The notes: generated from the sequence alone by a model not told the origin. A stretch of 64,000 nucleotides of DNA from Schmidtea nova (GCA_044892505.1 CM097882.1:591976001-592040000); one strand, 5' to 3'. Shown: positions 1 to 13,330, numbered from the stretch's first letter. Numbers and translations: made by a program.

Positions 1-407
1 TGTTTCTGTTGAGGTTTTGTAATGATATTTTTATCATTGGAATTTGATTTGATTTTAATGATAATGTATGGTGAGTTCGCAAGTGAGTGATAAGCCCACT
101 GGAGTTCGCTTTATTTGTCACATTTTGCATCGACAGTTGAAAGTTTTGTAAAATATTCACAGACACCGGAAAATGGTCCTGTCATTTTGCCTTAAAAATT
201 CATTTTTAATTTTCCAAACTGAAAATGATTTTTTTCATTTTATAATTCTAATTAGCAATTGAAATAACTAGAATACACTTAGCTCTCGATTTACACGGCA
301 GATTGGTTCTCAAAAATCCCGTGTAAATCGAAATCGTGTAAATTGAAGCCGTACAATTAGTAATTAAATATATATTTTATTGAAGAATATATGTGTTGAA
401 TCTAAAG

Positions 408-1311
408 CAGCGATGCCCAAAATTATTTTTACTAAGTCCACAAAAATAAAATTTACAGGATTTAGAGGGTCAAAAATTTTTTTCAAACATATTAAAAAGT
501 ATAAATCCAAATAATACAAAAGATGAAAATTAAGAGGATTTTATTAATGTTAAAATTTAATACATTTTTATAAAAATCAAAAATATACAATAATTTTAGT
601 GGTGCGCATGAATTCTAGTTACCAGTTCTGTAATGTTAGGTTCTATTCTTGAAGTTGCAATTCTCAGAATGTCCTGTAAATGATTATCTTATAGTTTATT
701 TCTGCCGTTCGTTTTTGTGTTTTTCATTTTTAAAAGTTTCTTTACATATGAATGAGCTTCCAAAAATTGACAACATTTTTGATGCAAATATTCTAAGAAA
801 TTTTAAATCCAGCTGTAACACAAGCTAAATTCTTATCATTTTTGCTTGTGAATAATTTCTTTTGTAATGATAATGAGTTTTTAAACTTATCCATTTTGTC
901 AATACGCTCATCTTCATTAAGTATATCCAGGCTTTTATGATTGGTTTAATAATGTCCTGAATATTATATTATTTTACAACTGAAATTGTAGCTTGGCATA
1001 CCAAACAAGTTAGCATTTTTTTGTTTTGGTGACGGAATACAAAAGTATTTGAAAATGTCTGGTTTCATCATTAATTTTCCTTTTTTATTAAATGTCATTA
1101 GGAAATATGCGTTTCTATTTTAGTATTATTAAAGGATATATTTTTTATTACTAATTAGAAAATAAAAATAAATCATGATATAATAACAAGTAAAATATTT
1201 ATTTATTTGGATTTACAGCTGATAATTCTCTGCTTTATCTTTTAAAAAACGTTTCTTTTCTGCGCTTTAAAACAAGCTTCTTTTTTTTTGGTAAAAATGA
1301 TATTTTAATTT

Positions 1312-1355
<44 letters not shown>

Positions 1356-1811
1356 ACGGAGGCACTCCAATAATATACCTCAGAATGGATTTAAAAACTG
1401 ACACGTTTCTTTCCCTTAACAGAAAATTAACAAGAAAGTAATTTTAGTGCTGCGGCCTTTTAATATATATTTTTTCCACGAATCATTAAAACAACTTTAT
1501 CACATCATAAGTTTTACTATTTATAATTTTCTTCTTATTACACTACGACGCAAAATAAATATAAACAAATGGAAAACAACAAATGGACAAATTTCAAATT
1601 TTACCATAGCATGCCACAAGTTTTCAAAATAAGTAACGAAACATATTTTTTCTTGTTTCTATTTTACTATTGAAAAATCTGATGTAAATAATTTTTATTT
1701 CTTTGACTCAGTTAGTAAAAAAATTACATGATTTAGTTGACCCTTCGAGGGCCAAAGAATTGAAGCTGGCGGGCCAAATTTGGCCCGCGGGCCGTAGTTT
1801 GTGTATCGCTG
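408..1811 (-). mobile_element. hAT (Charlie/SPIN, GTF2IRD2-like) element with decayed transposase 3' end
   Basis: Perfect 8-bp target-site duplication ATCTAAAG (400-407, 1812-1819); CAGCGAT...ATCGCTG termini; GGCCCGCGGGCC subterminal motif; minus-strand remnants ASKMLSIFGSSFIC and DNHLQDILRIATS. Confidence 0.85.
1312..1355. repeat. Compound microsatellite (TA)n(TG)n
   Basis: Directly visible dinucleotide runs. Confidence 0.95.
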
Positions 1812-2902
1812 ATCTAAAGTAAAGTATATATATTACAATTTTTTTTATTTTTGTGACCGTGTGTAACTGAAAACTTGTGTAATATAAATGGAATTTTCCC
1901 GTATTTCTTCAATCGTATTAAACAGAAACCGCACAAATCGAGTACCGTGTAAATCGAGGGCTAATAATACTTTGATTTTGAAAATTAAACTTTAGGCTGA
2001 TATTGCGCAAAATGGTAGTAATATAAATTTGATTAATTTTAAATCAGATATAAAATTAAATAACAACAACAATAAACTAGCTTTATTAAAAGAGCATTGA
2101 ATAAAAACCAAGATTTTTATAAGTGTAAATTATATAAGATGTTAAATTATATTAGATGTCAAATTATATTTGAATTGTAATTAAATTCAAGTTACCCTAT
2201 TTTGAACTTCCTCGAAATCTTTGAGTTTTGCTCAGTTTTGGTTTGAAAATTAATTTTTCTTTTGATTGATAACAGGGGTGTCCAAAGTACGACCATTATC
2301 ATTTTGATTAATATATATAAAAAAACTTTTGTTACATTTTTTATTCAGAAAATAAAAGCAGCGAAAATAATAAAATTAACATCATTTTCTGAAAATTATA
2401 TGCCTGTAATTAATAATTTTCAATATGGTAGCTCAATTGAACCCTTAATAAAATATAATCTGAAAAAATCGCATGTCATATTTAAAATGGACGTAAAAAC
2501 TTTACAGTTAAACGAATTTTAATTGATTTTTTTACATAAAAAACATATTTATTAAAAGAATAAATTTATTTTCTTGGCTATTTATTACCACCATGGGTTA
2601 AAAGCCCGTTGGTTCGTGTATTGAATTGGATTAACATTTTTTTGCGGCTATCATTTTCTGTAATCGTCAATTTTTGGCCAAGCATTCTATAATCTTTGGG
2701 TACCTGTGACATAATAATCAAAATTTTCAACTTTCAATAATCTGATTTATTATATAAAAAGTATAAATATCAAATATTATATTGACCTACTGCAAATTTT
2801 TTGATAAAATATGAAGCTGAATAAACATCTAGGTGGATGTTATTTTTTGTTAGTTATTTTTTATTAAGACGTAAAACATTTTAAAACGTAAATTTAAATC
2901 AT

Positions 2903-4710
2903 AATTATCGCGATTGATAAATGAACCATAAATAGCAACAAGGTTTTATTAGGTATACAATTGATTTGTGATGCGTGCTGCATTTTTTCTACTTCACATC
3001 TGAATATTAAAACAACCGTGTTTATTTAATTTTTTATGTATTAAAAATAAATATATTTAATTTTAATATATACAATATATTATAAATATGCATAAAGCAG
3101 AGGCACTACAATACTCCTCGTTGAAGTACGCGGAGCGTATGGGGACTGAAAGAACTTAAGAGAATCAACTAACGACGGTAATGTATAGCAGGTTATCTGC
3201 GAGGTATTGCGGGGGAGGTGGCGGATGCGGTTGGTTATATATGGGCCGAGTAAAGGGTCGTTGGGTGGAATAGAGGCGAGACGGTCAGTACAGGGGGTGG
3301 AACACAGAGAGAGTCTTCCTTTAAATCTTCGTCGACTGTGAGGTGATGGTGGTAGGTCGTGTTGATCATTTAGAACGAGAGCAGGTTTGAGGCGGTTCAA
3401 GCTTATAATGTGTGGTGAACCGTCGATATATAACTGTGCAGTGTTTTTGAAGATTTTTATCGCCGGGAAAGATCCTTTGTAGCGGAGTTTAATGTTTGAA
3501 GTATCAACACATTTTAACCAAGCGTGCGAAGCTGAGAGTGGTGACTTTGGAATGTAGGGTTTGTACAGTGTTGAGTATGTGAAGGACGAGTTGGAGTCTA
3601 AGGATAAGAAGGTGTTGCAGGCATGGTTTACCTGTTTTAGGGAGGAGTTTGAATAGGTCTCTAGTAGTTCGGATGGTATGCGTGTATTCGTGCCGAACAG
3701 TAATTTCGAGGGAGAAACTATACTAGAACGATTAGGCGTATTGTGCCATCCTAGTAGTACGAAAGGTAGAGATTTGGTCCATTCTGATGAAATAGAGAGA
3801 ATGCGAAGTAATGCTTTGATAGTGCAATAAGCGCGTTACACGAAGCCTTTGGTCTGGGAATGATAGGAAGAAGTGCGTGGGTGTTTGACGCCGAGGGAAT
3901 TGGTCATATAATTGAATTCCACTTGCAATAGAAATAATTTTATTTGCCTCATTTATTCTATCAGGATTTCTGACACCAATTATCGCGATTGATAAATGAA
4001 CCATAAATAGCAAGATTTTCTTAAATATACAATTGATTTGTGCTGCGTACTGTCTAAAATAATGAATCCTTGGTAGCAACATTAAGTATTAAATAAATTA
4101 ATAAATAACAAAATAAGCCTTTGCTGTAAAATAATTTTTAATGGAAAATTTTAGATTGGTGAGAATCATTTTATAATCGAAAATTTCCCATTAATAAAAA
4201 TATTTTTCAGCAAAGGCTTATTTTGTTAATTATTAATTTACATAATGAATGTAACAAATTGAAATTTAAAAAAATCATTAACAATCAAGAGTAATCAGCA
4301 TCACTAAGAAAATTGCATTCTTAATCTCAATTAACATAACCACTTTGTTTATAATTTTAACTGACCATCCAACTATGTCGTCTGGGAGCTAACCGCACAG
4401 CAAGCTAAATATTTAAAAAATAACGAAGTCGAAGATTGTAAATTTTACAAAATATTATTTAATTCAATAAATTCTATCATAGGATTCGGCTTGAAATTTG
4501 AAATTGAATTAAAATTGGGATTTGATTTGTAGAACGAATTGGCCTTGTTGAAAGGCATTTTGACTGTTGCTGATATAATTTGAATAGATAGCTTTGTAAT
4601 GTATTGATATTATTAAAACAAATTTACACTCCATTCATTATTCAATATATAATTACTATAATTAAATAATAAAATGAATATTAAATGGTAGTGGTTCAGC
4701 AGGCACTACA
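2903..4710 (-). mobile_element. Internally deleted Ty3/gypsy LTR retrotransposon (LTR-PBS-integrase C-terminus-PPT-LTR)
   Basis: ~75-bp direct repeat at 2903 and 3978; both LTR ends read AGGCACTACA (3101-3110, 4701-4710); tRNA-Leu-type PBS TGGTGTCAGAA on minus next to 3978; purine tract before the 3' LTR; integrase remnants HPRTSSYHSQTKG, WTKSLPFVLLGWHNTP, SPSKLLFGT, ISLNRLKPA. Confidence 0.75.
4093..4241. mobile_element. Palindromic MITE/foldback inserted in the 5' LTR
   Basis: ~65-bp imperfect inverted arms (core AACAAAATAAGCCTTTGCTG / CAGCAAAGGCTTATTTTGTT) around a ~17-nt spacer. Confidence 0.7.
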
Positions 4711-5590
4711 GACTATTTATTCTTTTTTTCTAAATAAGATAGAAATGAGTCGTTTGATATTTTTTGGTTATAAATTATTTTATTTTCAAATTTATTTTTC
4801 AATTTTTATTTCCTTTTTCAACCATTTAAGATTTTAAATCAATGGAATGTTGTATCTTACATTTAAATTTTCAGCAGTCTTGGTAAATTTTAAGTAAATT
4901 TAGTAGATTTTTTATTTGAGTTTAAAAAAGTTTTCAGTGTAATATGTACTTTTTAATTATTATTTTTATGTCACTATTGTGATACGGTATTAGTATTTGA
5001 AAATTTTCCTCAATAGTAGTATAGAATACTACTGGATTATCTAATAATTATGCCATAATTACCTTTTGACAATTTTGTTGCATAAAAATAAGATAGAATT
5101 TCAGTTGGAATAACTATTTTTAATGCCTGTAATTTCACCAATATGTTAAATCTATATAATATTGTCAATATAAATGACAATGACAATAATAAATAATAAA
5201 AATAATATTAATAAAAATGACAATCAAAAAATAATTAATAATAAAAAATTAATTATTAATTAATAATAATTTACTTGTTTAAGGCGGGTGACTGAATTTC
5301 AGTGTTTTACTCTAATTCGTCAACAAATTGGAAATTTTAGACTTTAATCTTTTTTAATAAGCTTAATTAGATCTTTATTTCGATACCAAATATAATAGGT
5401 TATTGATAAAAAAAAGAAGATAAAAGAATACATTACTGCCTAAATGTTAATGAATAAAAGTTTTCGCGATAAATATTTATGCAGATATTATGCAGCAATT
5501 TCCAACGCTACTTTATAAATCGGAAAACTGTGCTCTCACAGTTTACAAGATCAAACTGAAGAAGAAGGTACATTTAATCAGTTCAAAACA

Positions 5591-6600
5591 ATGTTTGTAA
5601 AAATCGAAGAAAATTCTAAACGCATCCCGAAGACAGTTGCATTTTATTATAAAGTCAAATACAGAGTGAACGTTATTGACCAAATTTTACGAAATTATAG
5701 TGTGAAAACCGGGTCCCGTAGATGGCATCTTCAAGTCTTCAACAACGCGTTTCATTCTTATTTAATAAATCAGTTAAGCTCTGACTCCTCGTGTCTTTCC
5801 TTTATAAATTAAATAATTACAACCCAACACAGAACAAATTTATTGACTATCCAAAAACAAATTACAAATTTTCACTTTATTTGCACTCCTTATCAGGCAA
5901 CAAGGTTTATTGACGTAAGGCAGGTAACTCGACGTCAATATAGTTGATATTTTACACACGAATTTGTTTCTCTTCTAATTTGACAAACCTCTAGCTCGTT
6001 GTTTTTCAATGGTTGAATCTCAGCTTCTGTTACCAGTTTTTGCTGTACTTGTCTTTCAGCAACTATTATTTTTATACCGTCGCTGTCAAGATATTTTAAT
6101 CACTGTTTGACAATTATTTCCGTAATTCCGGAACAATTTACACGGGCAGGTTCTTGGGGTTATTTACCGTAAATGAAATTAATTATTTTATTAATTACCT
6201 GGGCTTTCCATACAGTTCGGCTTTCTACACGTCTCGGGTTTTCAATTATCTTGGGTTTCCCATTAGCTTGAATTTTCCATTAAGGTATTAATTAATTTTA
6301 ATTAATTAGTTTTTAATAACTTTCACAAGGGACCCCTCACCAAACTTTTATTATTATATTTGGGTTCGTCTCTAGATTTGTCGTTCAACCATACCTGTTT
6401 CGTTCGGAAAATAATTTTCGATTTTTCTAAAATAATTTTTGATGTTTTTTTATTTTCTACGCTTTTATTTCCATCATTTTATATCAACCCCAACAAACCT
6501 ATTGGATTTAGCCGCTATAACGCGTGGATATTGTATAAGAAGACCACCGGACTAAATTTAACAAGAAAATACTTTATTTTTCAATTGGCTTAAGAACTAG
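5591..6600 (+). pseudogene. piggyBac (PGBD-like) transposase C-terminal remnant split by a ~750-bp insertion
   Basis: PKTVAFYYKVKYRVNVIDQ...SVKTGSRRWHLQVFN (5591-5750) continues as LLDLAAI/NAWILYKKTTG...RKYFIFQLA (~6500-6600). Confidence 0.75.
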
Positions 6601-6764
6601 CAAGTGATAATTGAGGTATGCAATCAATCCCCGTAAATTCAGTGTCAAGAAAAATTATTTCTATAGTTTTCAAAGATTTTTATACGTCTTTTATACCAAA
6701 ACTGACATCTAATTAATAAAATATAGTTAAAAGTTAAAACTTTTCGAACTTTTATTTTTCTTAA

Positions 6765-7440
6765 AAAAATCTTCCGGGTACTCGACAAAGCCGCACGAGA
6801 CAAACCCGCGCCGACAAAGCCACACAATAAAAATAAAAATAAGTAAAAAGTACAGGCAACCTTCGTTTAACGCGGTTTACTGGTTCCGTGTTATCTAAAA
6901 CCGGGTTAAATAAAACTAAAAATTTACATATAATAAAAAAATTATAATAAGAAAAGAAGTTAAAAATTTAATTATATTTTGAAAAAAATTATCTAACATT
7001 TCAAATAATTAATATTAAAGTACCACGTTAAACAAGGGTTACCTGTATATTTATTTATTATTTATTATTATAATTTTAAAATGAAACAAATAAAAAACAA
7101 AAAATATATTTAAGCATAATATTATTAGATAATAATCACATTAAAATTTTTAAATTTTGGGCCAACCTTCTTAAATAATCTAACTTACCCATATTATCAT
7201 ATAAAGACATTAATGCCGGAAGTCTTTCATTTAATTTATTGTATTTACATTTTAAAGAATTTGGTCGCCTGAAGACTGTCTTGTATCTTTCTATTATAAT
7301 TTCAAAGTGATCTTGTTTCTGTCCACAAAACAAAATAAATAGAATTAAAACATTTTCTTTCATTTTATTCAATTTTATAATTTTGATTCACGTGGCAATG
7401 TCGGCGCGGCTTTGTCGGGGTGCAAGATCTATTGGGATAG
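6765..7440 (-). mobile_element. Non-autonomous MULE-like element
   Basis: Inverted GACAAAGCCGCGCCGAC-type subterminal repeats at ~6785-6825 and ~7391-7420; remnant KYNKLNERL...LDYLRRLAQNL resembles a MULE transposase C-terminus. Confidence 0.6.
6853..7045. mobile_element. Tigger/pogo-like MITE nested in the MULE element
   Basis: TIRs CAGGCAACCTTCGTTTAACG / CGTTAAACAAGGGTTACCTG with TA flanks. Confidence 0.75.
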
Positions 7441-8739
7441 GGTTAATTATCATAATAATAATTACGACAAAAATATCACTTCAATAAAAATGCATACATT
7501 TATGAAGCACTCAATTATGTACTTCCAATCAAAATTGGTAAAAATTGATTGGTACAGTGAAAATGAACTTTTGTGAAATGCAGTTAAAGGAAAAAATTAA
7601 AAGCAAAGCTATTGTACAAGGAATTAAAAGAATAAATATGATCTAAACCGAAGTCAGCAAATTGTTTATGTTGACGGGTATGTAAAAGAAAATACGCGAA
7701 ATAAAAAAATTGTGGTCCATTGCTTTATAGCCCGCTTCTGACATTCCGAAATGTTTTAGTCCCGCTAATAAAATAGTCACAGGGCAATATTTTGATTGAA
7801 AAAGAATGCCAATGTCTTGAAAATATTGGGCTGTTCATTTTTCATCATAACAAGTACAAGCGAGTTCTAACAGATTCATTATAAGCGCAAAATATTACAC
7901 CGATATCAGAAACAGCAATATATAGTGCTAGTATCAACACTATTCAATATGAACCTATGCCAGTGTATGCTAGCATGTCTTATAACGTACGAGTGCATGA
8001 CAAAATGGTACATGCAATTAAAAATGATTATGAGTCAAACGATTATTAAACATATCAATTTAGTGGTTGGATTATAAAGTAAAAGATTCAATAATTAAGA
8101 AGAGTAGTATAAAGAACACTTTATTGAATAATATAAAATAAGAAGAAATATATTCAGTTCAAGTTATGTGAAGACAAATATAGTAGATTTTCCTAGATAG
8201 TTTCATTTTAGGGAAACAGTGGAGATATGTAGGGATGATAAAGAAACCCTGAATTTATCATTGAGATGTCAAGAAGTGAATGTTGTGAAATTATGGAGCA
8301 CTTCTATATGCGCATCTAATCAAGATGTTTTGAATTTTTGTTGTTGTGCATTTGTGTCTAATAAGTTATTGGGTTTGAGTGACTTTTGTGTAGGTGCTAA
8401 TTGTGTATGTGTGTTTGAATTGAGTTCGATTTGTTGGCTATTCGAGTCTGGTTAATTTGGAAGTTAGAAAATGATTAGTGTGTTTTGTGTTCCCTTTCTG
8501 AATTGTAGTTTTGTTTTATGTGTGAGCTCAAATGAGTTGGATTTTGGTGTTGGGAATTCTGCTTCGTTGAATTTCTAAGATTTTAATATTTAAAAAGTTG
8601 AAAATAAAATTTTGCTTGTATAAACTTTATTTTCATATGGAATCTCGAATTTGTAGTATTAAAAATCAATTTTTTCTCTATTATTTTGGAAATAATTAAC
8701 TTAGTTTTGTATTAATATGAAACATATTTAACATGTGCG

Positions 8740-9090
8740 GCAAAGTGGGAATTATGGAGCATTATGGAGGAATTATGATCAAAATAAACTATCAATTTTC
8801 CAGTTATGTAGCACTTACCGACACGGAGAAATTGGTCGGGAATGCTGTGAAAAACCTAGTTGCAATGAATCCAATAATACAGTTTTCAATGCCAAAAAGA
8901 TTAATTGGTCACAAATTCAATGCGGAACAACATGAAACATTAATTTTTAAATATAATTGAAGAAACTAGCCGTCCGAAAATCCGCACCGAATTCAAAAAT
9001 GAAACAAAAACATTTCTCCGGAAGAAATCTCATTCATATTGTTGATAAAAATAAAACAACTATTGGGAAAACAGTGAAAAATACAATTTC
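8740..9090 (+). pseudogene. hsp70: Hsp70 N-terminal (ATPase) fragment, frameshifted
   Basis: [24 protein letters not shown]...KRLIGHKF followed by RPKIRTEFKNETKTFSPEEIS; frameshifts and truncation. Confidence 0.85.
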
Positions 9091-10039
9091 CAAATGTACT
9101 TTCGGTTATTTGCCACTCACTATTGTTTAAATTATGAGTCAATCACATTATTGATCTAATACACAACATTGTCAAAAAGTAAATCGCAAATCGCAATGGA
9201 AATATACAACAAATAAAATAAATAAAAAAGAACATAGAAATAAAATAGAAATGAACAAATAATAAAGTAGAAAATAACATAATGAATGATAAAATTAATT
9301 AAGGAAAAAGAAACAATTCAAAAGAAATAAAAAATGAAAGCGCCCAACAAAGTTTTTATTAACAATTTCTCAATAACATAAAACAATATAATCGTTTACC
9401 ACAAGATAATTCCCTTACATATATATTTCACTACCTAATTAAGAAATAAGATATTTGTTGAGCCCAGGTGGTCTGATTTGTATATTATGTATGTGTGTAT
9501 GAATTATGTCTGTACTTGAATAATGAACGACAATTAACAAATAACTCAGAACTTAAATTTACAATCTTTATTTTAAATTGAAACAAAATAACATATAGAA
9601 CAATAGTACTCACGAATTTAATTAAGATAATTTCAGTTCAGTTCTTTCTTATTCAATCAATTTCTTTCGGAATTTAATTAAGGTAATTTCGGTTTCTTTT
9701 TAATCAATATCCTTCTCTATGTTTTCTTTAAGCTTTCTTGTCTTGAATTAATTTTCCCACTTTTCTTTATAATTTTGTTTTTGTTTTTAATTTTAAGTTT
9801 TTTTGTTTTCTATTGGCTTTGTCAATATTTTCAATAATTTTTTATTATTTCTAGTTTTTTAAATTTGCTTTCTTATTGATTTTTAAATTTTTAAAATTTA
9901 CATAATTCTTAATTATTCATAATTATCAAAAATAAAAAAGGGGAAACCGTCAAAGACCCACAGCAAACAAATAAAAATTGACCACTTGCATGTACCAAAA
10001 AAGACAATCAAATTACAAAATATTCTTGTAGTTATTCAT

Positions 10040-10600
10040 GCGCTCCAAATAGATTTATATTACACAGAATATATTGAAGCATGTCATTGTCTTGATGTCT
10101 TTGACGCCACATAAGTAATTGTCAAGTATAGATTGTGTAGTTCCACTGTGCTTTTATGCATCATGGCGTTTTCCCACATTTTCAACGCTTTGAGTATGAG
10201 CACCAATTTGCGGATCCACGAAATTAAAGGAATGTTTAATCTTCAAATTGTAGTAAACAATTAATCTTTAGTCTATTTCCACAACGTCGTTCATTCCTTC
10301 AATTGCTATTGGATTCTCTAACAATGAATTGTCACAAATTTACTTCAAGCAGTTATAAAAATTGCAATGTCTTTTCACAAAATGAGATCCTAGTATATTT
10401 GTTGGGCCAACAATAAATAAAATGAACGTTTTTTCCAAATCTATATTCGATTTAATCAGCCAAGTAGCCATAAGTACTTTCTTTTCGGATCTATAAGTCC
10501 ATTTTTTGCAAACTAATTTCAACATATGTAGATCCATAGTCTAGACCGACAAGAAAATGGTTCTTGATAGATGAGAAACTTTTGAAAACAACTAGGATAA
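10040..10600 (-). pseudogene. Merlin (IS1595-family) transposase remnant
   Basis: Minus-strand NFVDPQIGAHTQSVEN...GTTQSILDNYL and MWRQRH match Merlin motifs (NFVDPxTGAHTQxIE, FMWR). Confidence 0.7.
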
Positions 10601-11559
10601 CTGAAATAATAGTGAGTGACAGGTAACCGAAAAATACCTTTTCAAGCACGCACACACTATAATATTCTACACAATCACAATTGTGAATACCCACAACTAT
10701 TTAACACAAAATTTGCACACACTATGATTATCCAAAACACTCGCCTTAATAGAAAGAAACACGTAAACAATTATTAATTAATTTCAACCTTAACCGAAAC
10801 AATAATAAAACAAATATGGCACTGAAAAATTATTATTATTAAAAACAAACACCAATCCAAAATTATATTCCGCATATTATATTTCGAGAACATCATTCTT
10901 CTCATCAGGTGCTTTTCAGTCAAACATTCAAAACATTTCTTTCGAAATTAACGATAAATAGGTAAAATATAAAAAATCATACATTTGTAATCATAAATAG
11001 CTCTAACTTATTTACGCCAAAAGTGAATTATGCCGCTTTCAAATTTAACAGCTCAAATGTTGTAAAATAAATTAAATATTAACATTATTGTTTAATTTAT
11101 TTCATAAAATATAACACTAAAATTAATTCATTAAATTTTATTTTTTATGAAATCATTTGAAGAAGAGTATTCTGGCTTTTTTCGACTTAGACTGAAGAAA
11201 AATTTTACTCCATTCTAATATATCATGACTTTAGCAATAGAATTGTTAATTACAATAGAATTGCACTCAATTTGTTCTTCTCTCATATTTAAATTATAGA
11301 AATAAGACATTCCAATTAATAAATATAATTTAATAGAAAAAAATTCAATTGATCCGGATGAACAACGATTTCAATATTTCCAAAACAATTTGAACACAAT
11401 TACAATTTTTCAATAAATAATAATTCAGCCTTAAAAATTCATCTCGCACACAGACGTGAGAAAAAGTAAAATATGCGCCCACACAGACGCGAGAGAATCA
11501 GAAATAAAAATGTTCACACGCCAAAATATATTTTTCTATCTGGGACAAATTTCAACACA

Positions 11560-13330
11560 GCCTTTTAGAGAATCTTTATTTGACTGCAGCCGAAACATTT
11601 CCCCCTTCCTTAAACCTCTGCTGGTGTGATGGATGATGAGTTGTAGTGGATCTTTTATTAGGGTGAACTCCACCAACATAAAAACGTAACTCCTCGCGAT
11701 GGTGCCCGTGAGATACCCTTAATTGTGTCTCACGTTGGTACTGCACGAATCGGTGTATGTCAAAGCACTCTCATTTAGTACCTAATGATTAAATAAAATC
11801 AAATACCAAATTAAAATTAAAATATACATTTATTTATTTGTTTACTACACAGTAGCTGTTGTTCATTTAATCCACTTGAATGCCAAATCTCTCGGCATAG
11901 ACACGGCGTTCGCGTATTCTTTGGGCTCCGAGGCGGTTCTTACGCTTTGGTTTAGTGACTTCCCCGTTCGATAGTTGTTGGGTGGACGCTGACGTTGCTG
12001 TTGGTAACTCTCTACTCGGTGAGGATGCCGTTTGCGTTTCTCTCATAGACGAACGCTGAGTTATCCATATGTCTTATGTAATCGGACGGATTTGCTCCTT
12101 TAGGTGTTGAGATACAAAGTCTGTTGTGACTGCTTGGAGGCATCGATTTAATTCAAGTTTTGTGGCGGATAGTTCTGAGGCCTGGTCGTTCAACGCCTGG
12201 TTTAACCGATTAATTTTTTTAATGCTGCTCTCATAACTGCAGTGGTGAACCGTGTTCGATGTAATTTTTCATTGATGTGGATTTGTTGATTTATTCCCTT
12301 CCTCAATTCTCGATTGTCGCACTTTAACTCACGCATTTCTCGTTGTGCTTTCACTTCTTCCTTAGCTTCTCTATTCATCCTGAAAATTAAATACATCCAT
12401 ACACATTAGTTGCCTAAACAAAATGAATCGAAAAACATAATGAACAAAATGTTGGATATCCCTTAATCACACCTCATGAACGCCTCAGGAAACTAACGGG
12501 ACCTTTCCCCTTGGATTATTAGAAAAATGTCTGAGCTCCGCCAAATTTTCCTTTTACAGTAATCATACATTGAATTGGTATTACCGATTACCAATATACT
12601 TCATGAGTTGGCTCATATCATCGACATAACTTCCCCTACCACTTTTAGCCTTGACTCAATAACAATGAAGAAGAAATATCTAAAAGAAAAGAACGAAAAC
12701 TACCACTAATATTGAATTGTACCAATTCATAACAAAAGTACAAAACAAAAATTTTATGTCAATAGCGGATGTTAACTGGCAGTGATGATGTCCTGGATCT
12801 CGTCGCCCGGCTGTAATTGGAATCCTTCTGGGGAATAGAACTTTGGGTCAGGCCTCCAACATAGTTGAGATTTGAATTCAATGATTTTTCGGATCTAGAT
12901 CTTAGAACTTCATGCGGACTTTTCCCATCAGTTCTCGTCAAACGGGAACGGAAGATTTCTGAACGATAGCTCTTCTCCGATGCTGACATTTCGAGGTTTT
13001 TCTAGGAGAATCAATCCAAGAGCATTTAGTTTGGCAGTGGGGATTTCCTTGAATTGCAGTATCCATCGGTGTAGCTCATCCTGATCCCGAAACAAGGTAA
13101 ACAAGATTGGCGTGACTTTGACATCGTCGGTGATTTGATATGAATGTGGCCAGGAGGGACATCCTTCCCACCAGATCTCCTCGGTGCGTGGCAACTTCCA
13201 CAGGCCAAATGGGATTGATGTTTGAATTCGCTACGTCATCTTCATAAGTGGCGATTTACTTCCCGACCGGCAGAAAATGGTATCGGTTTTAGGAGCCGCG
13301 TTGAAAGAAGGTTCTCCCGACCATTTCGAT
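11560..13330 (-). mobile_element. Unclassified ~1.7-kb element with two decayed coding segments (family also at 38.6-40.3 and 45.5-47.2 kb)
   Basis: GC-richer than flanks; peptide EIPTAKLNALGLILLEKPR (12991-13047) aligns with EISITKFLALGHLVHLNHPRKPR (39724-39792); shared 5' motif AAATGG(G)TCGGGA(G/T)AA; TTTTCAG acceptor near 12381. Confidence 0.55.

Larger units (their letters stand above)
280..1963. mobile_element. Non-autonomous Tc1/mariner-pogo-like TIR element hosting a nested hAT insertion
   Basis: TAGCTCTCGATTTACACGG (280-298) matches the reverse complement of 1945-1963 at 18/19 nt; internal CCGTGTAAATCG sub-repeats occur near both ends. Confidence 0.55.

Noticed and set aside
1447-2522. 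Short AT-rich ORFs 1447-1632 and 2262-2522, and similar 60-100 aa ORFs elsewhere
   Set aside because: No motifs or splice support; expected by chance in AT-rich, TE-derived DNA.
8150-8570. Compositionally skewed coding-like stretches (also 49080-49440)
   Set aside because: Multiple stops in all frames and no recognisable motif.
13310-13324. TGGTCGGGAGAACC (and 40251-40267) as a tRNA primer-binding site
   Set aside because: Not complementary to a tRNA 3' end I recognise and no clear paired LTRs; it may instead be a conserved ATG context.
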